A DNA stretch of 64,000 nucleotides from positions 1,536,001-1,600,000 of the forward strand of contig CAXXKM010000003.1 in the NCBI GenBank assembly GCA_963664435.2, given 5' to 3'. Every line of letters starts with the position of its first letter. Position 1 is the first letter of the stretch. The notes under the pieces were generated by a model. It ran no database searches. It saw only the letters and a list, made by a program, of their open reading frames with translations, and was not told the origin of the DNA. The stretch is from Longimicrobiales bacterium (GTDB taxonomy: Bacteria; Gemmatimonadota; Gemmatimonadetes; Longimicrobiales; Gaopeijiaceae). Both the position numbers and the translations under genes were made by a program. This document shows positions 28,727-39,060 of this stretch, piece by piece.

Positions 28727-29248
28727 CTAGCGTCCGAATAACCTCCCGATCGCAGCTACTCCGACGGCGAGGCCCGCGGTGAAGCTCTGCGTTCCTCCCT
28801 CGCCGGGTCGCTCGCCGGCCTCCCCGCCCTCGACGCCGAGCGCGGCAAGGGCCAGACCCGCGGTTCCCGCAGCCACGGCGACACCGAGCACAACACTCCG
28901 CGTCCGCGAGAACTCGCGCACCTCGATGCTCGCGAGACCGTCGCGGGCCACCTGCAGGGTGTCGTACTGCACGACTTCGCGGAACGCACCGATGACCTGC
29001 CGGCTGCTGGCTTCAAAAAAGACCGTGTCCCCGAAGCTGATGATCAGCCCCTCTATGGCCACCGTCTCCGGCGGCGAGTTGGGATCCACGATCGCGGACT
29101 GGATCGGCACACGCAGCCGGGCCACGGAGCCGACCGGCGCCTCCTCCACCAGACGGTAGGTGTAGCAGCCGGAGGCGAGCGGCAAAACACACAGCAGAGC
29201 CGCGAACAGCATGCGGCGCAGCGCGCCCAACGGATCAGAACGCCACAT
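28727..29248 (-). CDS. hypothetical lipoprotein
   Basis: Lipobox LASGC followed by YTY; Gly/Ala-rich hydrophobic C-terminus; start uncertain. Confidence 0.6.
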   Translation of the reverse strand: MWRSDPLGALRRMLFAALLCVLPLASGCYTYRLVEEAPVGSVARLRVPIQSAIVDPNSPPETVAIEGLIISFGDTVFFEASSRQVIGAFREVVQYDTLQVARDGLASIEVREFSRTRSVVLGVAVAAGTAGLALAALGVEGGEAGERPGEGGTQSFTAGLAVGVAAIGRLFGR

Positions 29249-29693
29249 CGAGATCACGTGTCAGAAGCTGGTTGAAGGCATAGACGAAATGCCAGGGATC
29301 ACCGGGGAATATTCCACCGGCCTCGTTTACCAGGTTGCGGTCGTCCACGTCGACGATCACGTGGACGTCGAGCGTGTCGGAGCCCAGAGACTCCGCCTGC
29401 ACAAACCAGCGCCGGTCGATCGAAATATCGATCGCCCGGGTGAACGGGACTTCGTGAAGGATCGTGTCCGACCTGACGACCTGGACCCTGGTGACTCCAA
29501 ACTCGTTGACGCCGGCCACGAACTGCGTCGAGTAGATGACGCGTACCTGCTGGCCCGCCTCGCCGTTCATCTCGAAAAAGATGTTGCGAGGGGTCGGGTC
29601 GTCGAAGACTTCGCAACCGGACGTCGCGAGCAGCGCAACGGCGACCAGCAGCCCCTTCACGGCGGATGCGCGATTCACGGCCACTTGTGACAC
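29235..29693 (-). CDS. hypothetical lipoprotein
   Basis: Lipobox ATSGC; beta-rich; follows the susD-like gene. Confidence 0.65.
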   Translation of the reverse strand: MSQVAVNRASAVKGLLVAVALLATSGCEVFDDPTPRNIFFEMNGEAGQQVRVIYSTQFVAGVNEFGVTRVQVVRSDTILHEVPFTRAIDISIDRRWFVQAESLGSDTLDVHVIVDVDDRNLVNEAGGIFPGDPWHFVYAFNQLLTRDLDVAF

Positions 29694-29713
29694 AGGCGAC
29701 AGGCCGAAACGGC

Positions 29714-29742
29714 GGGGGCACCCTCAAAGCGAGGGTACCCCC
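29714..29742. terminator. intercistronic stem-loop after the susD-like gene
   Basis: GGGGGCACCCTC-AAAGC-GAGGGTACCCCC near-perfect inverted repeat; weak U tail. Confidence 0.4.
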
Positions 29743-29751
29743 ACCCTTGTC

Positions 29752-31083
29752 TCAGCCGCCGCAACCCAGTCCGTTCAGGTGGCAGTTGGCCCTGATTTCG
29801 ATGATCGAGATCGGGAGCATGGTGCCGGGTGCCGACGAGGCGGCGGAGGCGCCCTGCCACTTCGGGTCCTTGAGTCCCCAGCGGTACATGTCCGCAAGGC
29901 GCAGGCCCTGCAGCATCACGTTGACGCGGCGCGTGTGCTGGAGCATCTCCATCTCGGAGATCTGACCGCTGTAGGGCGTCAGGCCGTCCAGCGCGCGGAT
30001 GTGGTTGATGTGAGTGGTGAACGCACTCGAATCCATGCTCTTGAGCGCGTTCTCCGCCAGAATCAGGTGCATCATCCGGGCCGAGGCCAGCGTGAGGGGC
30101 GGATAGATGCCGCCCTTGTTCAGGTAGCTGCCGCCCTTCCACTGGTTCAGCCACTTGATGACCGCCGGATCATCGACGCCGTCGATGGGATCCTGCAGCG
30201 CGATGCCGTTGATGTCGTTCTGGTCATCCACCGTCGCGATCGACAGGTCGATCTGGTTCTCCTTGCGGTCGTTGACCCAGGAGGCCATGGAGTTGGACCG
30301 GCTGGCGCTCGAGAACGTCAGGTTGTAGGTCCAGTCCGCGGCGACGTTCGCAAGCACGTCGTTCGCGTCCGCCCCGGCCTCGGCCGAAGACGCCAGCCCG
30401 TCGTCCCCCGAGGGCGACGGGTTGATCACGTCCCAGATCGCCCGGGATTGCCGGGCGCGGGCGCGCAGGGCCTTGGCCTGGATGGCCATGTCGGTGGCTC
30501 CGACTTCGTTGAAGCCGGAAATGGCGGTCGAAAACCTCTCGATCGCCCCGTCCAGGACCTGATACATGTTCTCGGCACCGATAGGCGCTCCGCTCTCGGT
30601 CTTGTCCGAGAACGCGAAGTCCTCCTGAATCTCGCCGATCACCATGTACATGATGCCCGAGTACAGGTAGGCCCGGGCCAGATCGGTCTTGATCGCGGTG
30701 GAGGGGTTGTTCGAATGGTGTTCGGTAAGGATTTCGATGGCTTCGTCGCTCATCCACCGCCCCTGTCCCATTGCCGGGAACGGGCCGTCGATGAACTCGT
30801 TCAGCGGATCGGACACGAAGCCCAGATCAAGCGAGAGCCAGGCGTCCCTGGATCCGATCCAGCGCATCTCGTCGGAAGCGACCAGATACGGCTGCCACGA
30901 CTGGGATACAGACGACGAAACGAGGGTGAGCGCGCCGTTGACGACGGCGGCGGCGGCGGCTTCGGAGCGGATGTCCTCCTCCACCAGGCTGTTGGGATTG
31001 TTGACGTCCAGGATGTCGCAGCCTCCGAGCGCGAACGCGGCCAGAAGGGGTGCGACCCAGGCTTTGATGTTTCGGTTCTTCAT
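29752..31083 (-). CDS. RagB/SusD-like outer-membrane lipoprotein
   Basis: LGGC-DILDVNNPNSL N-terminus; MHLILAE..HINHIR, LQGLRLADMYRWG and LPIS..EIRAN motifs; directly after susC. Confidence 0.85.
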   Translation of the reverse strand: MKNRNIKAWVAPLLAAFALGGCDILDVNNPNSLVEEDIRSEAAAAAVVNGALTLVSSSVSQSWQPYLVASDEMRWIGSRDAWLSLDLGFVSDPLNEFIDGPFPAMGQGRWMSDEAIEILTEHHSNNPSTAIKTDLARAYLYSGIMYMVIGEIQEDFAFSDKTESGAPIGAENMYQVLDGAIERFSTAISGFNEVGATDMAIQAKALRARARQSRAIWDVINPSPSGDDGLASSAEAGADANDVLANVAADWTYNLTFSSASRSNSMASWVNDRKENQIDLSIATVDDQNDINGIALQDPIDGVDDPAVIKWLNQWKGGSYLNKGGIYPPLTLASARMMHLILAENALKSMDSSAFTTHINHIRALDGLTPYSGQISEMEMLQHTRRVNVMLQGLRLADMYRWGLKDPKWQGASAASSAPGTMLPISIIEIRANCHLNGLGCGG

Positions 31084-31099
31084 GAGTCTCTCTCCTGGA

Positions 31100-34000
31100 T
31101 CAGAACGTGAAGCGCGTGGACAGCGTGAAGCGCCGCGGCACCGGAATGCCCCAGCCTTCCGTCGAGTCCAGGAAGTTGCAGCTCAGGCCTTCGTTGCAGC
31201 GACCGAGCACGTTGCCCTCGGGATCCATGCCCGGGTAGTCGCCCAGCATGAAGAGCCTCAGGTTGCGCACGCCCAGGTTCACAGTGGCGGTGGACATGCC
31301 CCAGCCCTCCACGATCGTCGCCGGCACCCGGTAGGTGAGCGACAGCTCGCGCACCTGGATCCAGTCGGCGTCGTAGACCCCGTTCATCCCGCTCATCGGC
31401 GAGAGGCCCTCGACTTCGTGGGCCCACGCGATCGCGGCCTCCAGTCGCTGTTCCGCGGATGATCCCGGGTTCAGCATGGCGGCGTAGAGCTCAGCCGAGC
31501 GCGGCGTGTTGCGGCCGATGAAGTTGTTGGCCCGCCGGAACATCCCCGAGAGATCCTGCACCTGGTGACCGAACTTGTACTCCATGAGCGAGTTGAGCTC
31601 GAAATTGCCCAGGAACGCCAGGTTGAACCCGAACGAACCGGCAAAATCGGGGGTGGGCTTGCCGAGATAAGTGTCGAGCAGCCCCGTGCCGCAGTTGTGC
31701 GACGCCAGCCCGCCGTTCGGCGTGCCGAAGGTCTCGTTGCCGATCGCCAGCGGCTTGAAACTGTTCGGGTTGCGTGGCTGGCTGAAGTATGCGAGCGCCT
31801 GCTCACGCGTCGGAGCCACGCACTCGCCGCTGACCGGAGAGAGAATGTTCAGCGGAATGTCCAGGTCCGCGACCCTGGCGCCGAAGAAGGCACCGGGCGT
31901 GTAGCCCTCGGTGAGGAAGTTGCGGTAGCGCGGGTAGCTGCCGCCGGTCTTCAGGGGAGGAGCACCGCCCATGTCGGTGATCTCCTCCTTGAGGTAGGCG
32001 GTGTTGGCGAAGACGTTCAGCGAGAGACCCGGCCGCTGGACCAGAGCGCCGCGAATGGCAAGCTCCAGGCCGGAAGCCTTCACCTCGCCGATGTTGTCGA
32101 GCTGGGTCTGCGTGAATCCGCCCGTCACCGGGAACTGGCGCGCCACCATGGCGTCGGTGACCGTCCGATCCCAATACGTCGCTTCCAGGGACCAGAGGTC
32201 GTTGAAGAGCCCCAGGTCCGCGCCGAACTCCCACTCGGTGGACACTTCGGGCTTCAGCTGGTCGTTGCCCAGGTTGGAGGGCTGGACCCCCGGACCTACC
32301 TCGGTGCCCAGCGACGAGAAAGTCGTGAACTTGTCGAAGGCGCCCGGCTGCAGCCCGGAGGTGCCGAAGGCCCCCTTGACGCGCAGGGAGGAGAAGGTCT
32401 CGCTTTCCCACATCTCGCTGGGCACGACCGCGAAGTTGGCCTTCGGATAGAACGCCGTGTTGAACGCCTCACCGAATGCCGAGTTGGCGTCCCAGCGGGC
32501 GCCGACGGTCAGGAAGAGCCAGTTGTCCCAGCCGATCTGGTCCTGCAGGTATCCGCCGATCTGCGTCACCCGGAGCCAGTTCTCGTAGGAGGACTCGGAA
32601 CCGAGCGCCGAAAGGGTTTCAAGGCCCGGGCCGGGGAAGTCGCGCCCGCTGCCGCCCGCCGACTGCCGCTGCCGCAGGAAGCCCTGGCCACCGAACAGGA
32701 ACGTGTTCTCGATCCGGTCGGTGCTGAAGATGTAGGATCCCTTGACGTCCGCCGTGACCTCCCGGCTGCGGTCCTCGTTGACGTTCCTGCTGCCGTCGGG
32801 CGTCGAGCCCGAGTAGCCGTCCACGTTCCAGCGGTAGGGCCGGAAGGAGACCGCGTCGTCGGAGGTGAAGTCGATGCCGAAGGTGCCGTCGAGGCGGAAG
32901 TACTCGGTGGGCGTGAAGTTGATGTTGGTGGCGCCCGCGAAGTGCTGCGAGTTCACGAAGTTCAACTGGTAGGCGTTCTCGCGCAGGGTGGCGAAGGCCG
33001 GCTGACCGTAGTAGTTGACCTGCCCGAGGTTCGAGTCGTCGTTGGCGAGCCGCAGCTGCGACATCAGAGCTGACGAGAACACGCCGTAGATGTTGTTCGA
33101 GTTGTCGGGCGTGTGGTGCTCCATGTCCGAATAGAGCGTGGTCACGCCGATGCGCAGATTGTCGTTCGGCACCACCGTGAAGTTCGAGTGGATCGAAGCC
33201 CGCCGGTTGGTGTCGTTCTCGGGCTCGGCTCCCTCCACCGGCTCGAAGTTTTTCGCCGCGTCGTAAGGACCGTCCTCTCTGGCCAAGCGCGCCGAGGCGA
33301 AGTACTGGAACACGCTGGAACCGCCCTGCACCGACCCGGAGTAGGTCTGGCCGAAACCGGTGGTGAGGAGCTCGGGAATGGTGTTGCGCTCCACGGGTTC
33401 CCAGGGCGACACGGTCTGTCCCCAGCGCGCGGACATCCGGGTCACGGCATCGCTCAGCCGTTGAGCGTCACCGTCTCCGGTGCATCCGGGGCTGGAGCAC
33501 ACCCGCCCGGCGAAGTCGGCGACCGGCAGAATGCGGTTGGTCGGTACGGAGATCCCGGTCAGGTCCGACTGGAAGGTGAAGCGCGGCGCGCCCACGTTGC
33601 CCCGCTTGGTGAAGATCTGGATCACGCCGTTCGACGCCTCGGTCCCGTAGAGGGTCGCGGCCGCGGCGCCCTTCAGGATCTCGACGCGCTCGATGGACTC
33701 GGGAGGAATGTCGTCCAGGCGGGACGGGTTGCCCTGGCCGTTGAAGTTCTGCACGGCGGAGCGGTCCACCCGGATCCCGTCAACGTAGACGATGGGCTCG
33801 TTGAGCTGCGAGAGCGACGCCGACCCGCGGATGCGGATGCGGGCGCCTTCGCCGGTGTAGCCCGAGGAAGGCAGCGCCACCACGCCGGGCTCGCGGCCGG
33901 CAATGAGCTGACTGAAGTCGGCGATGGGCGCGTTCTCGAGTTCGGCGGCATCGAGCGTCGCGATGGTGTGGCCGAGCCTGCGCTTCTCGGTGGCGACACC

Positions 34001-34384
34001 GGTTCCGGTTACCACGATCTCGTCGAGTGCGAGCGCGGTCACGGCGATGGCGAAGTCGACGTTGGCTGTCTCGCCCACCGCCACCGTCACCGTCTGCGAG
34101 GCGGAGCGGTACCCGACCAGTTCGACGGTGACCGTGTGCTCGCCCGGAGGGGCGTTCAGGAGCAGAAACTGCCCGTTGCTGTTGGTGAGGGTCCCGATTC
34201 CGGAGCCCTCCACGTACACCTGGGCGGAGGCGAGGGCGCGACCGGAGCCTTCCTCCGTGACGCGGCCCGTGATGACTCCACTCTGCTGGGCGCTCAGTCC
34301 GGGCGCGACGGCCAGGCTGACGGCCAGCAGGGAGAGCACGAAGGCGCCCCACACCCTGCTTGCTGGACGTTGTTTGCGTGTCAT
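31100..34384 (-). CDS. SusC/RagA-like TonB-dependent receptor
   Basis: LDEIVVTG, IESIERVEILKGAAAATLYGTEASNGVIQIFTK-like plug, GNDQLKPE motif, terminal Phe. Confidence 0.95.
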   Translation of the reverse strand: MTRKQRPASRVWGAFVLSLLAVSLAVAPGLSAQQSGVITGRVTEEGSGRALASAQVYVEGSGIGTLTNSNGQFLLLNAPPGEHTVTVELVGYRSASQTVTVAVGETANVDFAIAVTALALDEIVVTGTGVATEKRRLGHTIATLDAAELENAPIADFSQLIAGREPGVVALPSSGYTGEGARIRIRGSASLSQLNEPIVYVDGIRVDRSAVQNFNGQGNPSRLDDIPPESIERVEILKGAAAATLYGTEASNGVIQIFTKRGNVGAPRFTFQSDLTGISVPTNRILPVADFAGRVCSSPGCTGDGDAQRLSDAVTRMSARWGQTVSPWEPVERNTIPELLTTGFGQTYSGSVQGGSSVFQYFASARLAREDGPYDAAKNFEPVEGAEPENDTNRRASIHSNFTVVPNDNLRIGVTTLYSDMEHHTPDNSNNIYGVFSSALMSQLRLANDDSNLGQVNYYGQPAFATLRENAYQLNFVNSQHFAGATNINFTPTEYFRLDGTFGIDFTSDDAVSFRPYRWNVDGYSGSTPDGSRNVNEDRSREVTADVKGSYIFSTDRIENTFLFGGQGFLRQRQSAGGSGRDFPGPGLETLSALGSESSYENWLRVTQIGGYLQDQIGWDNWLFLTVGARWDANSAFGEAFNTAFYPKANFAVVPSEMWESETFSSLRVKGAFGTSGLQPGAFDKFTTFSSLGTEVGPGVQPSNLGNDQLKPEVSTEWEFGADLGLFNDLWSLEATYWDRTVTDAMVARQFPVTGGFTQTQLDNIGEVKASGLELAIRGALVQRPGLSLNVFANTAYLKEEITDMGGAPPLKTGGSYPRYRNFLTEGYTPGAFFGARVADLDIPLNILSPVSGECVAPTREQALAYFSQPRNPNSFKPLAIGNETFGTPNGGLASHNCGTGLLDTYLGKPTPDFAGSFGFNLAFLGNFELNSLMEYKFGHQVQDLSGMFRRANNFIGRNTPRSAELYAAMLNPGSSAEQRLEAAIAWAHEVEGLSPMSGMNGVYDADWIQVRELSLTYRVPATIVEGWGMSTATVNLGVRNLRLFMLGDYPGMDPEGNVLGRCNEGLSCNFLDSTEGWGIPVPRRFTLSTRFTF

Positions 34385-34548
34385 GCGCTACTCCTTGTTG
34401 GGAAGTGTATCGTTGCCCCTCACCCGACATCCACCCCAATCCGCGCGCGCAATGCGCGGGCAGTAATTTTGTCAGGTTTCGATCGGAATTACCAGTCCGG
34501 CCTCGCCGCCCACCCCCCGGCGCGTGCGGCCGGAGGGAGGCGGGCGGG

Positions 34549-35265
34549 CTAACGCACCGGATCCTGTTCGGGCCGGCGCGATGCGGTCAGGCGTTCAGCT
34601 TCGGCTGCCCGCCAGGCCTGGATGCGGGCGTGGTCGCCGCTGCGCAGCACCTCCGGCACCTCGTGCCCCCGATACTCGGCCGGCCGGGTATAGGAGGGCG
34701 CGCTCAGCCGGCGGCCGTCGTAGAACGAGTCCGAGGCCGCCGAATCGTGGTCCCCGAGCGCGCCGGGCAGCAGCCGGACGATCGCGTCCGCGACCACCAG
34801 CGCGGCGGCCTCGCCCCCGGACAACACGAAGTCGCCGATGGAGATCTCCTCGTCGGCGAGGTGGTCGGCGACGCGCTGGTCGACATCCTTGTAGTGCCCG
34901 CACAGGAGGGTCAGAGACGGCTCCAGTGAGAGTCGCACGGCGTCGTCGTGCGTGAAGAGCCGGCCCCGGGGCGACAGCAGAATCACCCGGCCGGCGTCAT
35001 CGAGCGACTCCACCGCCTCGAAGAACGGCTCCGGCTTCATCACCATCCCGCCCCCGCCGCCGTAGGGCGCGTCGTCCACCGTGCGATGGCGGTCGCGGGT
35101 GAAGTCCCGCAGGTCGACGACGTGGTACTCGACCAGTCCGTGGCGGGCGGCCCGCCCGGGGATGCTGGTGGCCAGCGGAACCTCGAAGAACTCCGGGAAG
35201 ATGGTGACGATATTCACACGCACACGCGTGCCGTCCTGCGCGCGCGACACGCCATCCGTCGTCAT
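34549..35265 (-). CDS. trmD: tRNA (guanine37-N1)-methyltransferase
   Basis: VDDAPYGGGGGMVMKPEP, SIGDFVLSGGE and YTRP motifs. Confidence 0.97.
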   Translation of the reverse strand: MTTDGVSRAQDGTRVRVNIVTIFPEFFEVPLATSIPGRAARHGLVEYHVVDLRDFTRDRHRTVDDAPYGGGGGMVMKPEPFFEAVESLDDAGRVILLSPRGRLFTHDDAVRLSLEPSLTLLCGHYKDVDQRVADHLADEEISIGDFVLSGGEAAALVVADAIVRLLPGALGDHDSAASDSFYDGRRLSAPSYTRPAEYRGHEVPEVLRSGDHARIQAWRAAEAERLTASRRPEQDPVR

Positions 35266-35279
35266 CGCCCCGCTCCTCC

Positions 35280-35822
35280 TCAGAGATCCAGCAGCCCGTC
35301 CGGCAGATCCACGACCAGCCGCTTCCCTTCGCGGTCCAGTCGGCGCACCATGTCGCGCGCGAAGGGGATCAGCACGGTGCCGGATTCACGCGCCACCTGG
35401 AGCAGATGCACCGGGGTGAGCTCGTAGACCTCGACGACCTCTCCGATCGCCTCTCCGTCCCGCGACTCCACGCGCGTGCCCAGCAGTTCGTGGTAGAAGA
35501 TCTCGCCTTCCTCCAGCGGGCTCACCTCCGCAAAAGGCCGCAGGACGTAACGACCCGCCAGCCACTCGGCCTGGTTGCGGGAGTCGATGCCTTCCAGCCT
35601 GATCAGAAAGCCACGCTTGAACGGGCGGATGGCCTGTACGCGGACCTCGGCGAACGAGGGATCCGGGTTCTCCCCGGCTTCGTCCGCCAGGAACAGCTCC
35701 GCTCCGGCGGCGAAGGCTTCGTCCGGATTGGCCGTCAGCGGCCAGAGGAAGAGTTCGCCCTTGGTGCCGTGGGCCTTGTTGAGGTGCCCGACGACGAGGT
35801 GCGAAGGATGGGCGGAGTCCAT
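35280..35822 (-). CDS. rimM: 16S rRNA processing protein RimM
   Basis: VGHLNKAHGTKGE, SRNQAE, FYHELLG and LIPF motifs; between rpsP and trmD. Confidence 0.95.
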   Translation of the reverse strand: MDSAHPSHLVVGHLNKAHGTKGELFLWPLTANPDEAFAAGAELFLADEAGENPDPSFAEVRVQAIRPFKRGFLIRLEGIDSRNQAEWLAGRYVLRPFAEVSPLEEGEIFYHELLGTRVESRDGEAIGEVVEVYELTPVHLLQVARESGTVLIPFARDMVRRLDREGKRLVVDLPDGLLDL

Positions 35823-35836
35823 TCGGGACCCCGGGA

Positions 35837-36283
35837 CTACTCGGATTCGCTGCTTTCGCCCGCTTCGGCTTCGGCCCGGGCTTTCGCTCGAGCCGCGGCC
35901 CTGGCCGCCGCCTCCGCCCTGGCTTCTGCCTCCAGGTTCGCCTGCGCGTCCGCTTCCGCCTGGCGCCGCTGCGTCAGCTGTTCCGAGCGGCGGGCCTTCT
36001 CGGCAGCCGCATCCACGTCGCCCACGGCCACGCTCGCGTCTCCTCCCTTGCGGGCCTTGTTCAGCAGCGACCTGACCGTGGCCGATGGCTGCGCCCCCTT
36101 GCCCAGCCAGTAGTCGGCGCGCTCCATGTCGACGACCACGCGAGCAGGCGTGGAAAGTGGCTTGTAGTAGCCGATGGTCTCGACGAAGCGCCCGTCCCGC
36201 GGCGAGTCGCCGTCCGCCACCACCACGCGGTAGTGGGGCGCCTTCTTCCGGCCCATTCTGCGAAGTCGAATTCGTACCGACAT
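35837..36283 (-). CDS. rpsP: 30S ribosomal protein S16 with Ala/Glu-rich tail
   Basis: [31 protein letters not shown] and GAQPS motifs. Confidence 0.97.
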   Translation of the reverse strand: MSVRIRLRRMGRKKAPHYRVVVADGDSPRDGRFVETIGYYKPLSTPARVVVDMERADYWLGKGAQPSATVRSLLNKARKGGDASVAVGDVDAAAEKARRSEQLTQRRQAEADAQANLEAEARAEAAARAAARAKARAEAEAGESSESE

Positions 36284-36327
36284 ATGTCTCCTCGGGTTCG
36301 TGCCTGCCCGCCGCGTCTCCCGGCCGG

Positions 36328-37644
36328 TCAGCGCAACTGGTTCAGCGGGGGCGCCATCCCCCGCATCTGCTTCATCAACTTCTGCATTTCCCTGAACTGC
36401 TTCAACAGGCGGTTGACCTCCGACACCGGCCGGCCGCTCCCCCTGGCGATGCGGATCCGGCGCGATCGGTTGAGGAGGCGCGGCTCGCTCCGCTCAGCGG
36501 GGGTCATCGAAAGGATGATAGCCTCCACGTGCCTGATCTTCTTCGGATCGACGTTGCCCAGGGGCAGCTTGCGCTTCATGCCGGGGATCATCTTCACGAT
36601 CTGTTCAAGCGGGCCCATCGCCTGTACCTGGCGGAGCGCCGTCAGGAAGTCCTCGAGGGTGAAGCGCCCCTTGCGCAGCACGTTTTCCTCGATCTTCGCC
36701 TGGGCTTCGGCGTCGATGGAGCGCTGGGCCCGCTCCACCAGCCCCACCACGTCGCCCATCTGCAGGATGCGCCCCGCCAACCGGCCGGGATCGACCCGCT
36801 CCAGGTCGTCCAGCCCCTCGCCCACGCCCACGAACTTGATGGGCCTGCCCGTGACCCCGCGGATCGAAAGCGCCGCTCCGCCGCGCGCGTCGCCGTCGAG
36901 CTTGGTGAGCACCACGCCGGTGAGGCCCAGCGCCCGGTCGAAACCCCGGGCGATGTTGACGGCCTCCTGGCCGGTCATCGCGTCGGCCACCAGCAGCACC
37001 TCGGTGGGTGCCAGCTTCTTCTGCAGGCGCCCGATTTCGGCCATCATCGGCTCGTCGATCTGGAGGCGCCCCGCGGTGTCGACCACGACCACGTCGCAGC
37101 CACGCCCGCGCGCATCGTCGAGCGCGGCCCGCGCGACCGCCACGGGGTCGTCCCCGCGCCCGCCCGCGTGCACCGGCAAGCCCGCGCGCTCGCACAGGGT
37201 GGCGAGCTGCTCCGCCGCCGCCGGCCGGTACACGTCACAGCCCGCCAGCAGGGGACGGCGCCCCTCGCGAGCGACCAGGCGTGCCAGCTTCACGGCGGTG
37301 GTGGTCTTTCCCGAGCCCTGCAGGCCGGCCATGAGGATCACCGTGGGCGGCTTGCGCGCCCAGGTCAGCTCGGCCACGTCCTCTCCCAGCAGCCCCGCCA
37401 GCTCGTCGTGCACGATCTTGACGACCTGCTGTCCGGGGGAGATGGAGCGGATGACCCCCTCGCCCACCGCCCGCTTCTCCACCCGCTTCAGGAAGTCGCG
37501 GGTGACCTTGAAGTTGACGTCCGCCTCGAGCAGCGCTCGGCGCACTTCGCGCAGCCCCTTGCGGATCATGGGCTCGGTAAGGATGCCCCGCTGGCGGAAG
37601 CGTCCGAGGGCCTTGTCCAGCCTCCTGCCCAGGCGATCGAACAT
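36328..37644 (-). CDS. ffh: signal recognition particle protein Ffh
   Basis: [34 protein letters not shown] and SMTPAER motifs; start ATG 37644. Confidence 0.97.
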   Translation of the reverse strand: MFDRLGRRLDKALGRFRQRGILTEPMIRKGLREVRRALLEADVNFKVTRDFLKRVEKRAVGEGVIRSISPGQQVVKIVHDELAGLLGEDVAELTWARKPPTVILMAGLQGSGKTTTAVKLARLVAREGRRPLLAGCDVYRPAAAEQLATLCERAGLPVHAGGRGDDPVAVARAALDDARGRGCDVVVVDTAGRLQIDEPMMAEIGRLQKKLAPTEVLLVADAMTGQEAVNIARGFDRALGLTGVVLTKLDGDARGGAALSIRGVTGRPIKFVGVGEGLDDLERVDPGRLAGRILQMGDVVGLVERAQRSIDAEAQAKIEENVLRKGRFTLEDFLTALRQVQAMGPLEQIVKMIPGMKRKLPLGNVDPKKIRHVEAIILSMTPAERSEPRLLNRSRRIRIARGSGRPVSEVNRLLKQFREMQKLMKQMRGMAPPLNQLR

Positions 37645-37646
37645 GA

Positions 37647-38936
37647 TCAGATGTGGATGATCTGCTCGCGCCGGGAGCCGACCGAGACGATCTCGATGGG
37701 CACGCCGGTCAGCTCCTGCAGCCGGTCGAGGTAGCTGCGCGCTTCCATCGGCAGGTCGGCGATGTCGCGGGCCTCCGTGGTGGGCGCCCGCCAACCCGGG
37801 TGTCGCTCCAGCACGGGCTCGACCCGGGAGAGCGACCACGTGTCCGCGGGAAACTCGGTCGAGATGTCGCCGTCGACGCGGTAGCCGGTCGCGATGCGGA
37901 TCTCGTCGAGGGAGTCCAGCACGTCGAGCTTGGTTACCGCCAGGCTGGTGAGGCCGTTCACGCGCGCGGCGTAGCGCGCCTGCACCGCGTCGAACCAGCC
38001 GCAGCGCCGCGGGCGCCCCGTGGTCGCGCCGAATTCGCCGCCCAGCTCGCGCACGCGCTCGCCCATCTCCTCGTCGAACTCGGTCGGCAGGGGGCCGTTG
38101 CCCACCCGCGTCGTGTACGCCTTGACCACCCCCAGAATCGCGCTGATGGCGGTCGGGCCGACCCCCAGCCCGGTAGCGGCCGCGGCCGCGGTGGTGTTGG
38201 AGGAGGTCACGAAGGGGTAGGTGCCGTGGTCGAGGTCGAGGGCCGTGCCCTGCGCCCCCTCCATCAGCACCGAGCGGCCCGCCGCGAGCGCCTGCACGAC
38301 CTCCAGGCCGGTGTCGGTGGCCAGCGGGAGGGTGCGGCCCGCCAGCGCCAGCGCCGCCCACACCCGGGCCTCGAGCTCCGTGGCCTCGAACCGGCCCACC
38401 TCCAGCTCCGCCAGGGCATCCCGCATGGCCCGCTCCACCAGGCGCTCCAGGCGTGACGCATTGCCCAGGTCGGTGACGCGGACCCCGCGCCGCCCGGACT
38501 TGGACACGTACGCCGGCCCGATGCCCTGCCCGGTGGTGCCGATCTTCTCCCGGGCGCGCACCTCGGAGGCATGGTCGAGCGCCCGGTGGTAGGGAAGCAG
38601 CAGGTGGGCGCGCTGACTGATGCCGATCCGTCCCTCCAACTCGATGCCGCGCGCCGCGAGGGCATCGTATTCCGCGAAGAACTTCGGCAGGTCGAGGACC
38701 ACGCCGTTGCCGAGCAGACAGCGCTTGCCGGGATGGAGGATGCCGGAGGGAATCTGGTGCAGGATGAACTCGTCCCCGTGCACATGGACGGTATGGCCGG
38801 CGTTGGCGCCGCCCTGATAGCGGGCGACGATGTCGGCCGACTCCGCCAGCACGTCGACGATCTTGCCCTTGCCCTCGTCCCCCCACTGGCAGCCCACCAC
38901 GACCGTGCAGCGGCCCACGGGGGCCTTCCTCGACAC
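37647..38936 (-). CDS. purA: adenylosuccinate synthetase
   Basis: QWGDEGKGK, GGANAGHT, HGTYPFVTSS and GATTGRPRRCGW motifs. Confidence 0.98.
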   Translation of the reverse strand: MSRKAPVGRCTVVVGCQWGDEGKGKIVDVLAESADIVARYQGGANAGHTVHVHGDEFILHQIPSGILHPGKRCLLGNGVVLDLPKFFAEYDALAARGIELEGRIGISQRAHLLLPYHRALDHASEVRAREKIGTTGQGIGPAYVSKSGRRGVRVTDLGNASRLERLVERAMRDALAELEVGRFEATELEARVWAALALAGRTLPLATDTGLEVVQALAAGRSVLMEGAQGTALDLDHGTYPFVTSSNTTAAAAATGLGVGPTAISAILGVVKAYTTRVGNGPLPTEFDEEMGERVRELGGEFGATTGRPRRCGWFDAVQARYAARVNGLTSLAVTKLDVLDSLDEIRIATGYRVDGDISTEFPADTWSLSRVEPVLERHPGWRAPTTEARDIADLPMEARSYLDRLQELTGVPIEIVSVGSRREQIIHI

Positions 38937-39060
38937 GGTCAGCCTCCTCTGGAGTCCCGGGCGTCGAAGCGCGGTGCACCGCCGGCGCGACCACTCATGC
39001 GCAGGCGGGTGCTCTCGAGCATCCGAGCCGATAGGTGCAGGATCAGCCGGCGCGTGCGCG

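Noticed and set aside
34462..34477. ATTTTGTCAGGT upstream of susC, identical to part of the third hsp20 dyad site
   Set aside because: Single half-matching copy with no sigma54 box nearby; could be chance.
36328..38994. 888-aa Ffh with a long N-terminal extension (ORF track)
   Set aside because: The extension is an off-frame read of purA; Ffh starts at ATG 37644.
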